DNA from: Calditrichia bacterium
GTDB taxonomy: Bacteria > Calditrichota > Calditrichia > JAJRVZ01
Reading direction: 5' to 3'
DNA: 64,000 bases
Assembly (NCBI GenBank): GCA_963796965.1
Contig: CAWCNS010000009.1
Span: forward strand, 160,001 to 224,000
Positions 36,630 through 48,246 of the stretch are shown in pieces. The position numbers and the translations under genes were made by a program. The notes under the pieces are model-generated. The model saw nothing but the letters and a program-made list of their open reading frames with translations, did not search any database and was not told the origin of the DNA. Positions within the stretch are counted from its first letter, which is position 1. Each line of letters begins with the position of its first letter.

Positions 36630-38550
36630 ATGAAATTTTCAATCAGCCTTTTAATTGTATTATTTATTATGACCGCTTGCAAAAAGGACAGTTCGCATCC
36701 CTTACAGCGAATCAAGTATAACAATCCCGGCCTGGTGGTCGATCTGGGTGTTGGCTTATGGGCCTGGCCCCTGCCAATTGATTACGATGGTGATGGTGAT
36801 AATGATCTGCTCGTATCGTGTAATGACAAACCCTATAATGGTATTTACTTTTTCGAAAATAAAAGCGGAAAAGTTAAAATGCCTGTCTTTGAACCACCCA
36901 TCCGAGTTGCCCCCGGCGAAAAAAACATTCAAATCTCCTATGTCAATAATAAATCCCATTTATTGACGCCTGCTATTGAGATTGAAGGTTTTCAGAAGGG
37001 TGATTTTGAGAATAAACGTACCATCTATGGTCAGGAGAATATCCATGAAGGAAAGATTCGCGCTAACCAGTGGAAGTATTGTGATTATGAGGGAGACGGT
37101 CTTCCTGATCTGATTGTTGGCATAGGTGACTGGAATGACTACGGTTGGGATAATGCCTTCAATGAAAAAGGCGAATGGACCCGCGGCCCCTTACATGGCT
37201 TTATCTATTTGATAAAAAACAGCGGAAGTATTAACACACCTCAATATGGCAAACCGGAATTACTCTATGCGGATAATCAACCCATAGACGTTTATGGGAT
37301 GCCCTCCCCCAATTTCGCTGATTTCGATGGTGATGGAGATCTCGATTTACTCTGTGGCGAGTTTGTAGACAGCTTCACCTATTTTGAAAATATTGGTTCG
37401 CGGGAAAAACCCCGTTATAAGAGCGGTTCAAAATTAATGTATAAGGATCAGCCCATAAAAATGGAATTGGAAATGATTGTCCCGGTTGCTTTTGATTGGG
37501 ATCAGGATGGGGATATGGATCTTGTCGTAGGACAGGAGGATGGCCGGGTCGCATTTATGGAACATAGCGGTGAATTTGACAATGGGATACCCCAATTTCT
37601 TCCTCCCAGATTTTTTCAACAACAGGCCGATGAAGTTAAATTCGGTGCATTGGCCACACCGGTCAGCGTTGATTGGGATAGTGATGGTGATGAAGATCTG
37701 ATATGTGGTAATACCGCCGGGTATATTGGATTTATTGAGAATCTCGATGGTGGTAATCCCCCGAGTTGGGCCTCACCCCTTATATTTAGAAGCAGAAGGC
37801 GAGACAATTCGGATCCAGGCCGGTTATAATGGTTCCATCCAGGGGCCCTGTGAAGCCAAATGGGGCTATACGACTCTGGATGTCGCCGATTGGGATCATG
37901 ATGGATTGCCTGACATACTCATCAATTCAATTTGGGGCAAAGTTCTCTGGTACAAAAATATTGGATCACTTTCAGAGCCGCGCCTGGCTTCTGCTGAACC
38001 GATAACCGTTGACTGGCCTGGTGCACCGCCAAAACCAGCATGGAATTGGTGGAATCCCGAAGACAATCATCTGGTTACGCAATGGCGTACCAGACCCCTG
38101 GTCATCGACTGGAACAAGGACGGTTTAAAGGACCTGGTAATGCTCGATCATGAAGGATTTCTTTCCTTTTTTGAACGGACAAAAAAGGGTACGGTATTGA
38201 TGTTATTGCCTGGTAAAAGAATATTTTACTCAAAGGATCAGGAGGGTTTGTTGCAACTCAATAAGAATATTGCCGGCGGGAGCGGTCGTCGAAAAATATG
38301 TATCACCGATTGGGATCAGGATGGACAGCCGGATTTACTCATTAACAGCAGGCCAAATGTAAATTTCATGCCCGGCTCCCTCAGAGAGAAGGGGACCTAT
38401 TATTTTGATGATAAGGGCGCAGTGGATAGCACCATTATTGCCGGACATACAACCAGCCCGACGGTTGTAGATTGGGATAAAAACGGTATCCCCGATCTTC
38501 TTGTCGGCGCCGAAGATGGATTTTTTTATTATTTGAAAAACCCCCGTTGA
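36630..38550 (+). CDS. FG-GAP/VCBS repeat lipoprotein (beta-propeller), one frameshift near 37780
   Basis: MTAC lipobox; repeated DxDGDGDxDL / DWDxDG motifs. Confidence 0.88.
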
Positions 38551-38579
38551 ATATTCAAGTTAAATGTGAGAAGAGAAGA

Positions 38580-38772
38580 AAAAGACAAACACAAATACAC
38601 CAAGTAGGCGCAAAGGACACAAAGAAAAATTTTAGGGTTTTAGATCTTGATTCATCTAAGTCATAGATTAAATCTTATATCGATACAAACCGAGATATAA
38701 TAAATAGAAAAAATCTTTTCTTTGAGATCTTTGTGGCTACTTTGTGCCCTTTGTGTTTGTCTTTTATCTTTT
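38580..38772. repeat. CACAAAG-family inverted-repeat cassette with conserved core
   Basis: aaagacaaacacaaa...ggacacaaag arm; core TTAGGGTTTTAGATCTTG...AAACCGAGAT; ctttgtg...tttgtgtttgtctttt arm. Confidence 0.88.
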
Positions 38773-38840
38773 CTCAAATATGAATGGCCAGAAGTACCAG
38801 CGCTGCGTGAAAAAAAGCTAAACACAAAGGAGTATAACAC

Positions 38841-39743
38841 ATGAATAACACATTCTTATCCGCCTTAGCCGGGCGCGTACTGGTCTGCGATGGTGCCATG
38901 GGTACCATGCTGCAAGCAGCAGGCATGCCGGTCGGACATTGTTCTGAGGAATGGAATATCAGTCATCCCAAAGTTATCCAAAGTATCCACCAGGCCTATA
39001 TCGACGCCGGTGCTGACATCGTCGAAACCAATTCTTTCGGTGGAACCCGTTTCCGTCTCGAAGCCCATGGCCATGGAGATTCCGTTTCAGAGTTTAACCA
39101 AAAAGCGGCACAGATCGCCAAGTCCGTTTGCCCGGAAGGAAAATGGGTTGGTGGATCCGTCGGACCTACCGGTGAGTTTATGCAGCCCCTGGGAACCCGA
39201 TCATATGACGAGATCAAAGATGTTTTTAAGGAGCAGATCGGGTTTCTGATTTCAGGAGGAGCGGATATAATTATTGTTGAAACGATGAGTGATTTGCAGG
39301 AAGGTAAGGCGGCAATTGAGGCCGCACGATCACTTGACTCTGAAATCCCTGTAATAGGAACCATGACCTTTGAAAACAAACCAACCGGTTTTCGAACCAT
39401 GATGGGCGTTCAACCCGGTCAGATGATCGATTGCTATGGAGAAGCCGGGGCCAATGTGATCGGCGCAAATTGTGGTAGTGGAATGGAAGAGATGATCCAG
39501 ATATTGAATCTCTTAAGACCAGAAACACCCTTACCCATCTTAACACAGGCCAATGCCGGACTTCCGGAGACAGAAAGCGGTAAAATTATTTATAAAGAAA
39601 CTGCTGAAGACCGTTATCATTCTGTTATTGAAATTCTAAAAAATGGTGCAAATATTGTAGGGGGGTGTTGTGGAACCAATCCTGAACATATAAAAGCAAC
39701 AGCCCGGGCTGTTCAGGAATTTAATAAGCAGAATTTAAAATAA
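38841..39743 (+). CDS. Homocysteine S-methyltransferase family protein (stand-alone MetH N-terminal module)
   Basis: DGAMGT, AGADIVETNSFG, GSVGPTG, ETMSD, GANC, NAGLP and GGCCGT zinc motif. Confidence 0.92.
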   Translation: MNNTFLSALAGRVLVCDGAMGTMLQAAGMPVGHCSEEWNISHPKVIQSIHQAYIDAGADIVETNSFGGTRFRLEAHGHGDSVSEFNQKAAQIAKSVCPEGKWVGGSVGPTGEFMQPLGTRSYDEIKDVFKEQIGFLISGGADIIIVETMSDLQEGKAAIEAARSLDSEIPVIGTMTFENKPTGFRTMMGVQPGQMIDCYGEAGANVIGANCGSGMEEMIQILNLLRPETPLPILTQANAGLPETESGKIIYKETAEDRYHSVIEILKNGANIVGGCCGTNPEHIKATARAVQEFNKQNLK

Positions 39744-40505
39744 ATATGCCGTACTAAACGTTACCCAAACCTGGGAAAAATTGAAGGTCTCATAAGAAGC
39801 GAACACCTCCGGATCCATGAGATCTCTATCTTTCTCGATCGTTTCTCGTATAAATTCTTCTGTTGTAGCCGGAAATGTTTTTTTAGGACGGAAATCGTAT
39901 CCCACCCGCAACTGAAAAGATAAAGACTCAACAAAAGGAATATGCCATCCTGCAAAAAACCGTCCGCCCATGACACCGCTATTCCGTTTAACCTTAATCG
40001 TTTGTACAAAAGCCGGGCGTTGATCAAAATAGTAGAATGATTCTGTCTCAATATAACTCGCATCAATTCCAGCACCCAAAACGATACTGGTCTGTGACGT
40101 ACTGATGTTAAATATGGGAATGGAATAAGTAAAGGTAAGACCAGCCTGGTAAATACTATAATCAAACCTCAGCCCTTGATCAATTTGATTTACAAAATCA
40201 ATGCTCTCACTGCCTACTTTTTTTCCCGTATATTGAAAATAGATAATATAAGAGAATTGATCGGCAAACAGGCTTTCATATTCTAAAAATGCGGTAAGAT
40301 TATCACCAAACGACGGAACCTCAACCCCCGGCCCCACTTTGGCCGTTTCTTCTTCGATCTCATCGATCATCGCATCAATTTGTCCGCTTGCAAGGGTCGA
40401 AACTCCGGCGCCTATCCGAAGCCTGTTATCTTTAGTAATCAGTTGTGCTGAAAGCATCGAGGCAAAAACAAACAAGAACATTAATATATAGCGTATTATC
40501 ATCAT
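39735..40505 (-). CDS. Hypothetical outer-membrane beta-barrel protein
   Basis: Signal peptide, amphipathic strands, C-terminal AYLF. Confidence 0.7.
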   Translation of the reverse strand: MMIIRYILMFLFVFASMLSAQLITKDNRLRIGAGVSTLASGQIDAMIDEIEEETAKVGPGVEVPSFGDNLTAFLEYESLFADQFSYIIYFQYTGKKVGSESIDFVNQIDQGLRFDYSIYQAGLTFTYSIPIFNISTSQTSIVLGAGIDASYIETESFYYFDQRPAFVQTIKVKRNSGVMGGRFFAGWHIPFVESLSFQLRVGYDFRPKKTFPATTEEFIRETIEKDRDLMDPEVFASYETFNFSQVWVTFSTAYLF

Positions 40506-40539
40506 TGCTACCTAAATTTGTTTGGTCAATTTATAATCT

Positions 40540-40820
40540 TTTATGTGTCTTCATGTGCTTTGTGTATAGTATTTTCTCTCGCAGAGACGCAAAGACGCAG
40601 AGAAAAGTGAAAATATAAACACAAAGGACACAAAGAACCCACAAAGGGCTCAGAGAAAAGATTTTATATATATTTTTATATCTCGATTGGTGAAGATTTA
40701 TGGTTTTAATATATAATTTATAATTAGCGAGATTGAAAACCCTAAATACTTCTTTGTGCTCTTTGTGTCTTCTTAGTGAACTTTGTGTTTATCTTTTCCC
40801 CTCTAGCAGAGAAAGATAAA
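40540..40820. repeat. CACAAAG-family cassette (core in reverse orientation)
   Basis: aaacacaaaggacacaaag arm, TATCTCG...GAGATTGAAAACCCTAAA core, ctttgtg...ctttgtgtttatc arm. Confidence 0.85.
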
Positions 40821-41001
40821 ATATTTCTAACCGTATGCCATTGGAAAATATATTCCCAATTACTAAATTATTCAACCCATCAGTAAAAATAGGAAATAAA
40901 AAATAAATAGCAAATTATGACCAACAAGAACTTATAAACCGTATGCAGCGTTTAATTATTTTGTGTCACAAATATAATTACCGTTAAGGAGCAGATTTGT
41001 A

Positions 41002-42240
41002 ATGAATACTTCATATTATACTGAATTAGAAAATAAATATGGTGCACATAACTATCATCCCCTGGAAGTTGTAATAGACAAAGGTGAGGGTGTATGGGTT
41101 TGGGATGTTGAAGGTAAAAAATACATGGATTTCTTATCCGCTTATTCAGCCGTAAATCAGGGTCATTGTCATCCAAAGATTATCAAGGCCCTGAATGAGC
41201 AGGCCAGCAAATTAACCCTCACCTCACGTGCCTTTTATAATAGTGTACTGGGGGAATATGAAAAATATATAACAGAATTATTCGGTTATGATAAAGTTCT
41301 TCCCATGAATACCGGCGTGGAAGCGGTTGAGACCGCGATAAAATTAGCGAGAAAATGGGCCTATCAGGAAATGGGGATTCCCGAGAACCAGGCCAAAATC
41401 ATCTTTGCTGAGGGAAATTTTCACGGTCGCACCCTGGCGGTAATTTCTGCCTCGACGGATCCTGAAGCCAGAAATGGGTTCGGGCCTTTTATGCCTGGAT
41501 TTGAAACGATTCCTTACAATGATACAGAAGCCTTAGAAAAAGCCCTGAAGGACCCTAATGTTGCCGCCTTTATTGTTGAGCCGATTCAGGGTGAGGCCGG
41601 CGTGATGGTGCCCGATGAAGGTTATCTGCGGGAAGTGGCCCAGATCTGCCAGGAAAATGGTGTTTTGTTAATCGGGGATGAAGTACAAACCGGATTGGCC
41701 AGAACAGGAAAAATGCTGGCCTCTGATCACGAGGATGTCAAACCGGATATATTGATATTAGGAAAGGCCCTTTCAGGAGGCGTCCTTCCTGTTTCAGCCG
41801 TATTGGCCAATGATGAAATTATGCTGTCTATCCAACCGGGAGAGCATGGTTCAACTTTTGGCGGAAATCCATTAGCCGCCAGGGTAGCCATGGCCGCTTT
41901 GGATGTTTTACAGGACGAAAATCTGGCAGAAAATGCCGATAAATTAGGAAAATTATTTCGATCAGAAATTGAGAAAATTATAAGCGGATCATCCGTGGTA
42001 AGTAAAGTGCGTGGAAAGGGGCTTTTAAATGCCATCGTTATCAAACCCACCGATGACGGCCGTACAGCCTGGGATTTTTGTGTAGCGTTAAAAGAAATTG
42101 GTTTGTTGGCAAAACCGACCCATGGCGATATTATTCGTTTTGCACCACCATTGGTTATCAGCGAAGAAGAAATTTATTGGGCTGTGGATAAAATTAAAAC
42201 GGTCATCAATGAATTTGCACCAGAACCAGCTTCTGTGTAA
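41002..42240 (+). CDS. rocD: Ornithine aminotransferase
   Basis: [65 protein letters not shown]. Confidence 0.96.
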   Translation: MNTSYYTELENKYGAHNYHPLEVVIDKGEGVWVWDVEGKKYMDFLSAYSAVNQGHCHPKIIKALNEQASKLTLTSRAFYNSVLGEYEKYITELFGYDKVLPMNTGVEAVETAIKLARKWAYQEMGIPENQAKIIFAEGNFHGRTLAVISASTDPEARNGFGPFMPGFETIPYNDTEALEKALKDPNVAAFIVEPIQGEAGVMVPDEGYLREVAQICQENGVLLIGDEVQTGLARTGKMLASDHEDVKPDILILGKALSGGVLPVSAVLANDEIMLSIQPGEHGSTFGGNPLAARVAMAALDVLQDENLAENADKLGKLFRSEIEKIISGSSVVSKVRGKGLLNAIVIKPTDDGRTAWDFCVALKEIGLLAKPTHGDIIRFAPPLVISEEEIYWAVDKIKTVINEFAPEPASV

Positions 42241-42241
42241 A

Positions 42242-43522
42242 TCAGATTATCGTATGATGTGGTATGACGGATCCTTTGGGGATGATGATGATCCCATCCC
42301 TGATGGCATAATTATCCTGAAAAGTTTCGGTCACCTGCTCTCTATTGATTAATTGTACACTATTTCCAATGGCCACATCCATGATCAACAATGGAATTCT
42401 TTATAACCGAATTACGACCTAATCCCCAGATTTGGCTTATTCTCTTCCAGATTCTTTTTACGCTCTTCCACAGTTTCATATCTCGTATTCCCCATGATGA
42501 TCGAACGGTGTATATACGTACCAGAATCAATAAAAGCACGGATACCAATGCTCGCATTTTCGATCGTTGATTCGAGAATGATCGCTCCCTCCGTCACAAT
42601 GGCATGATTGATATGACAATTGATGATTTTTGTTGAAGGCAGATAACGGGGTCGGGTAAAAAAGCCTTTGTTTTCATCATAAAAACTGAATCGGGGCAGG
42701 GATTCTGTCAACTCCATATGGGTGTCAAAAAAACTCCTGATACTCCCAATATCCTCCCAATAGCCATCAAAAAAGTATGCATAAACCTTATTTTTTTTAA
42801 GGCTGGCCGGAATCACCTCACGTCCAAAATCCTCCATCGTACTGTTGGCCAGCATATTTAAAAGAACCTCCCTTTTAAATATATAGATACCCATGGAGGC
42901 AACATGCGCCCGCCCTTCCGGATTGATATCAAAATTATTAAATAAAGCCGGATTAACACGAAGATCTTCTAGCAAAGCGGGATCTTCAGGTTTCTCATAG
43001 AAATTGGTAATCCGCCCTTTACTGTTGGCTTTAAGAATGCCAAATTCACGCGTTTCATGTTCATGAACCGGTTTGACAGATATCGTAATATCCGCATCCT
43101 TCTCCAGATGATATTGAAAATATTTTCCATAATCCATCTGGTAAAGATGATCACCACCCAATATAATCACATGGTCACTGGCCGATTCAAAATATTGTAT
43201 ATTTTGCCTGACGGCATCGGCTGTCCCCTGGTACCAGTTTTGGTTATCCGCGGTTTGCTGGGCTGCCAATATTCTGATATAACCCGGAGAAAAGTTATCA
43301 AAACGATAGGTATTATGAATATGACGATGCAGGGATTCCGTATTAAATTGTGTTAAGATAAAGATCCGTTTAATACCGGCATGAATACAATTACTGATCG
43401 GAATATCAATGAGTCTGAATTTTCCGGCGATGGGAACAGCTGGTTTTGCTCTAAGACTTGGTGAGCGGTTCCAAACGTGTCCCCCTGCCACCGCCCAAAA
43501 TTATTGCTGTAATCTCGCTCAT
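42242..43522 (-). CDS. glgC: Glucose-1-phosphate adenylyltransferase, frameshifted at both ends
   Basis: MSEITAIILGGGRGTRL, RAKPAVP, LIDIPISNC, WYQGTADAVRQN, GDHLY, FYEKP, SMGIY, DFG, YWEDIG; C-terminus IRDGIIIIPKG. Confidence 0.95.
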
Positions 43523-43569
43523 ATTTTCCCCACTTTAAAAGATATGAAATCTGATTAGTCAGTCAACTT

Positions 43570-43800
43570 TTTTGCGTTCTCTGCGTGAGAAAAAGATAAA
43601 CACAAAGGACACAAAGAAGCCACAAAGTGCACGAAGAAAAGATTTCTTCTATATATTTAATATCGGCATATATAGATCTGTGATTTTAAACTACAATTAA
43701 CAGTTAGCAAATATCTTAAAACTCTAAAATATTTTCTCTGCGCTCTCTGCGTCTCTGCGTCTCTGCGAGAGAAAAAATAAACACAAAGGACACAAAGAAT
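43570..43800. repeat. CACAAAG-family cassette (core in reverse orientation)
   Basis: aagataaacacaaaggacacaaagaagccacaaag arm; degenerate core; ctctgcg repeats. Confidence 0.82.
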
Positions 43801-44065
43801 TAAGCAGAACATTATATAAATAAAAAAGGTGGTATAAAGAGTTAAAAAATATATTGATATAATGCCTATAAAATATCGATTAGCAAAAACAGAATCAACC
43901 TATTAGTATAATTATAGATGACTATTTTGTGGATCTTGTTAACCAAAACAACAACTATCTAAAAGATTAGAAATAATGGACATATTTTTATAAATTAGTC
44001 GGAATAGTTAAATGATAATTGGTGAATATATTTTAACTGGATTGATACGTTTATTTGGTATTTAT

Positions 44066-44492
44066 GTAACGGCGCGATTCATCACGCCGCATCATGTAAA
44101 AGATGACGCTTATTCACAATTTTATACCGGGGAAATACCTGGTGTAAAGATCGACGCGACATCGCGCCGCTCATGAAAAGATACGGTTATTCAAATTTTA
44201 TACCGGGGAAATACCTGGTGTAAAGATCGACGTGACATCGCGCCGCATCAGGAAAAGATGACGGTTATTCACAATTTTATACCGGGGAAATACCTGGTGT
44301 AAAGATCGACGCGATGAATCGCGCCGCATCAGGAAAAGATAACGGTTTTTCACAATTTTATACCGGGGAAATACCTGGTGTAAAGATCGGCGCGATGCAT
44401 CGCGCCGCATCATGAAAAGATGACGGTTATTCACAATTTTATACCGGGGAAATACCTGGTGTAAAGATCGGCGCGATGAATCGCGCCGCTAC
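44066..44492 (+). repeat. 81-bp tandem repeat array (about 5.3 units) built on a REP-like hairpin
   Basis: ATACCGGGGAAATACCTGG recurs at 44124, 44200, 44279, 44360 and 44441 (periods 76, 79, 81, 81); six CG(A/G)CGCGAT-NN-ATCGCGCCG-type hairpins; bounded by GTAACGG and CCGCTAC. Confidence 0.95.
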
Positions 44493-44548
44493 CTTAGTGG
44501 ATGGTTCTTGGAGTATTAATATAATTTTTCATATATGAAGGATCTGTC

Positions 44549-44632
44549 TCCCCCTTGAAAGGGATTAGGGAGATGTTATTTTCTCTATGTTATTTATTTA
44601 CATCCCCCTAACCCCCTTTCTTAAAGGGGGAA
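44549..44632. repeat. C/G-rich palindromic repeat (CCCCCTT-AAGGGGG type)
   Basis: tcccccttgaaagggattagggagatgt...acatccccctaaccccctttcttaaaggggga; relatives at 31221, 47793, 48983 and 62358. Confidence 0.75.
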
Positions 44633-44678
44633 TAGATTTTGGTTGAACAAAGACAATAATATCCGTGGAGACACAATT

Positions 44679-45305
44679 ATGGGAAAAATCTTATTAATAA
44701 TATTAGCAACCTGTTTATTGCTTACACCAGCCCTTTTTGCCCAAAGTACCATTCTCGGTTTAAACGGCGGTGTACTCTTTCCACAGGATACGGAAACAGG
44801 TGTGATCATTGGTGCCAGTTGGGGAAAGATGATCGATCAAAATGTTGGTTGGGAAATTGAAGCCGATTATTTTTGGCGAACATTCACTCAGGAAATGACA
44901 GTTAAAGTCGACGATGGCCAAACCCAATCGACCACCATCGCCACTGAAATTGAAAACTCAACAAAGATGCTTCCCTTGTTTTTCAAACTCTCCTTTCTCA
45001 GCGAAGCTTTCCCCAATCTGGATCTCCGGGTCAGTGGCGGGTTAGGTTATGCCTTTTTGTGGACAAAAGATGCCAATTATAAAACAGGTACCGAAAACAG
45101 TGAATCTTATTCCGGGTTTGCCTGGCAGGTCGGTGCCGGTCTGTCCTTTCCCATCAGCCGGGCAGCGGATTTTTATGGTGAAGCGATCTATTTAAGTACA
45201 ACACCTTCAACCGATGAAGGAACAACCCCCGACGGATTACCCCAGCGCACAGAAGTGGATATGTCCGGATTATGGCTGCGCGTTGGCCTTCGTCTTTATC
45301 ATTAA
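44679..45305 (+). CDS. Outer-membrane beta-barrel (OmpA/OmpW-like) protein
   Basis: GGAG RBS, signal peptide, GGLGY and AWQVGAGLSF strands, terminal RVGLRLYH. Confidence 0.8.
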   Translation: MGKILLIILATCLLLTPALFAQSTILGLNGGVLFPQDTETGVIIGASWGKMIDQNVGWEIEADYFWRTFTQEMTVKVDDGQTQSTTIATEIENSTKMLPLFFKLSFLSEAFPNLDLRVSGGLGYAFLWTKDANYKTGTENSESYSGFAWQVGAGLSFPISRAADFYGEAIYLSTTPSTDEGTTPDGLPQRTEVDMSGLWLRVGLRLYH

Positions 45306-45324
45306 GGCAGGTTATTAATTAGAT

Positions 45325-45580
45325 AAAAGATAAACACAAAGTTCCTAAGAAACACAGAGAGAAGCAAAAAAATTTTAGGGTTTTAGATCTTGCTTACCCG
45401 AAGTATGGTTTATATTTATAAATCTATACGAACCGAAATATAAAATAAATAAATAATATCTTTTCTCTGTGTACTTTGTGCCTTCTTTGTGTCCTTTGTG
45501 TTTAGCTTTTTCTCACGCAGAGACACAGAGAATAAGAAAAAGGACAAAAGAAAAAAGACAAATTTTAGGGTTTTAAAGTA
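45325..45580. repeat. CACAAAG-family cassette with conserved core
   Basis: Core TTTTAGGGTTTTAGATCTTGCTTACCCGAAG...GAACCGAAATATAAAATAAAT. Confidence 0.88.
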
Positions 45581-45601
45581 GGATTGAATTCAGGTCTTAT
45601 A

Positions 45602-46868
45602 ATGAATAAACAAATACAGTTTAACTTCCAGGCAATGCATCTTAAACGGATCCTCTATTCTCTTGTCTCTCTTCTGGTTTTAATCCAGGCCTGTACACCA
45701 AAAGTGGAACAACCCGTCCACAGACCAGGACCCCAGATACGGGTATTGCTGGCAACCATCGATCAGAAGGATACCCTTCAATTTACAGGACCCTATATCC
45801 TCCAATCGGAAGAAGCCCATTACGAATTCGGTCAAAAAAATAAAGAATTGTATATTCAGCCGCTAAGCGATGGTCTGCAACTGTATAATCAGAATCGTAA
45901 TCTTCTCTATCGCCAGTCTTTTCCGATCATTCTTAGACCCTCATCCTCTGCCAGTCGTTTTATCTTTCATGGCCAGGAATTCAGCGGTACCGTTTATTTT
46001 CAACCTGCTTCTGAAAACGGTGTTTATCTTATCAACAAACTCTTGTTGGAAGAATATCTCAAAGGTGTGGTCCCGTCAGAGATCCCGGCAAACAAACAGG
46101 AAGATTATCGAAGCGATTAAAGCACAAGCGATCTGTGCCCGTACCTATGCCCTGAAAAAGATGGACGATAGCATCAATCAGCCTTATGATGTGCAATCAA
46201 CGGTCGCTGATCAGGTTTATGGCGGTGTAAAACGCTATGCAAAGTTAGCCAACCAGGCTATTGAGGAATCACGCGGTGTGGTCATTACTTACCAGGGAAA
46301 ACCGGCAACCATCTATTATCATTCCACCTGTGGCGGCCAGCTTGAAGCATCACATAATATTTTTAAAGGTCCTCAATTAGCCTATATGATGGGAGGCCCG
46401 GACGCCGTTGGAAGCACTTTTGCCTGTACTATCTCTCCTTATTTTCGCTGGGAAGAGACACGTACCATCGATGATCTGGACCAGGCCTTTTTAAAACATT
46501 ATAAAAAATCATTTTTAAATCAAACGGTCAGCGACACCGTAGAATTATCTCTGGATCTGAGGATCTCAGAACGGGATGAGTCCGGACGAGTCACAAAGAT
46601 GACCATTACTTATGCCGATACGACGGTTTTTCTGTCCGGATATGAGGTGAGAAGATTTCTGAGTGCGCCCGGTAAAAATTATTTACGCAGTAATTTATTC
46701 TATCTCTCCCAAACCGATGCATCAACCCTGACCATTTTTGGTGCCGGCTATGGTCACGGCGTGGGTATGTGCCAGTTTGGCGCTCTTTATATGGCCCGGG
46801 AAGGTTTTCAGCATTATCATATCTTAAGTAAATATTTTCCACAAACTAAATTATTTAGAAAGTACTAA
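45602..46868 (+). CDS. SpoIID/LytB domain protein, one frameshift near 46108
   Basis: LEEYLKGVVPSE, EAIKAQAICARTYA, DQVYGG, YHSTCGG, GYGHGVGMCQFGA. Confidence 0.92.
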
Positions 46869-46870
46869 TT

Positions 46871-47663
46871 ATGAAATTTTACATCATCACGATACTACTC
46901 GCCCTGTCTTTGCTGCTCTCATTTTCCTGCCAGCCAAAAGGGGTTGTTAAAAATGACCAGGAAGCACAGGTGGACAGTTCATTTTATTATGTTCAGGAGG
47001 ATATCAACGATCCCTTTATTGATACGGTTTTTCAGGATCCCGATACCACGATGACCTTAAAGAAAAATCTTTATCCGCCGGCTGAGGTCAAACCGACACA
47101 TAAACAGGTGGAAGGATTTCGCGTTCAGATCTTTGCCGGTCTGGATACCATAAACGCCGATGTGGCCTATACACAAGCCAAAGACTTGGTGAGTGATACG
47201 GTTTATATATTTAAAGATCAGGGATTATTCAAAGTGCAGGTGGGTGATTATCAGTTTCGATATGGGGCGGATAATATACGTGATACGTTCCGTAAAAACG
47301 GATATGATGGTGCCTGGGTGATTCAGCGTGCGATCAATATTCCCATTGCCGCCGATACGACCACAACAGCACGGGTGAATGAGAATGTACACTGTTGCCG
47401 TCTTTGATGCAACACCACAGGCGGTTAAAAAAACAGATGATGCCGGCCAGTATAAAATACAAATTATGGCAACAGGCTCCGAAGACCGGGCCCAGGCAAA
47501 GGTTGAGGAGATTAAGGGATCAACCGCCTATTCGGCTTTTTATGAAAAAAGTGGAAATTTATTTAAGGTATTTGTGGGTTACTTTAAACAAGAGGCTGTT
47601 GCACGAGAGGCGTTGAGTGATATTCGGGGTAATGGATATCCGGATGCGTGGTTGGTGTATTAA
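46871..47663 (+). CDS. SPOR domain lipoprotein (two SPOR domains), frameshift near 47390
   Basis: FSC lipobox; GFRVQI...FKVQVG...GYDGAW and YKIQI...FKVFVG...GYPDAW. Confidence 0.88.
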
Positions 47664-47697
47664 AAAAAAGGGAAAAGGCCAAAGGAAAAAGAAAAAG

Positions 47698-48172
47698 AAA
47701 AAGATAACCACAAAGTTCACTAAGAATGCACAAAGAGCACAAAGAAAAGATTTTTTCTATTTTTTTTATCTCGGTTTGCATAGATCTGTGAATAACCTCC
47801 CCCTTTCTCCCCCTCCTTACTAAGGAGGGGGAACGAGGGGGTGGTAGTCTAAAACCCTAATTTTTTTTTGCTTTTCTCTGTGTCCTCTGTGCCTGCTTTG
47901 TACTCTTTTGCCGAAGGCATTTTCGGGAGTGTTTACTTTCTCTGCGCTCGCTGGGAGCTGCGTGAGAAAAAGATAAACACGAAGGACACGAAGTAGACAC
48001 AAAGATCACAAAGAAAAGATATTATATATATTTTTTATATTTCGGTTGGTGGAAGTATAGGGCTTTAATAAATGATTTAGGATAAGCAAGATCCAAAACC
48101 ACAAAAAGAATTCTTGCTTATCTCTGTGCCCTTTGTGCCTTCTTAGTGAACTTTGTGGTTATCTTTAATCTT
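47698..48172. repeat. Two CACAAAG-family cassettes, the first carrying nested insertions
   Basis: Core interrupted by a C/G-rich palindrome at 47793-47845; arm interrupted by TGCCGAAGGCATTTTCGGGA at 47909-47928; second cassette at ~47968-48172. Confidence 0.85.
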
Positions 48173-48246
48173 TTTTTCAAATCTGATTGGCCAGAGAGAC
48201 TTTGCAAGAGAAAAAAAATTCACATACCGAGAACTGAGGTTCTAAA

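Noticed and set aside
40826..40975. AACCGTATGC direct repeat and TTTGTG-T-CACAAA palindrome upstream of rocD as regulator sites
   Set aside because: Too short to assign; the reverse-strand TGGCAT lacks a valid sigma-54 -12 box.
44198..44434. 27-aa-repeat peptide ORF on the minus strand
   Set aside because: By-product of the 81-bp period; the frame breaks in shorter units and there is no RBS.
44066..44492. CRISPR array
   Set aside because: The segments between hairpins are near-identical rather than unique spacers, and there are no cas genes in the window.
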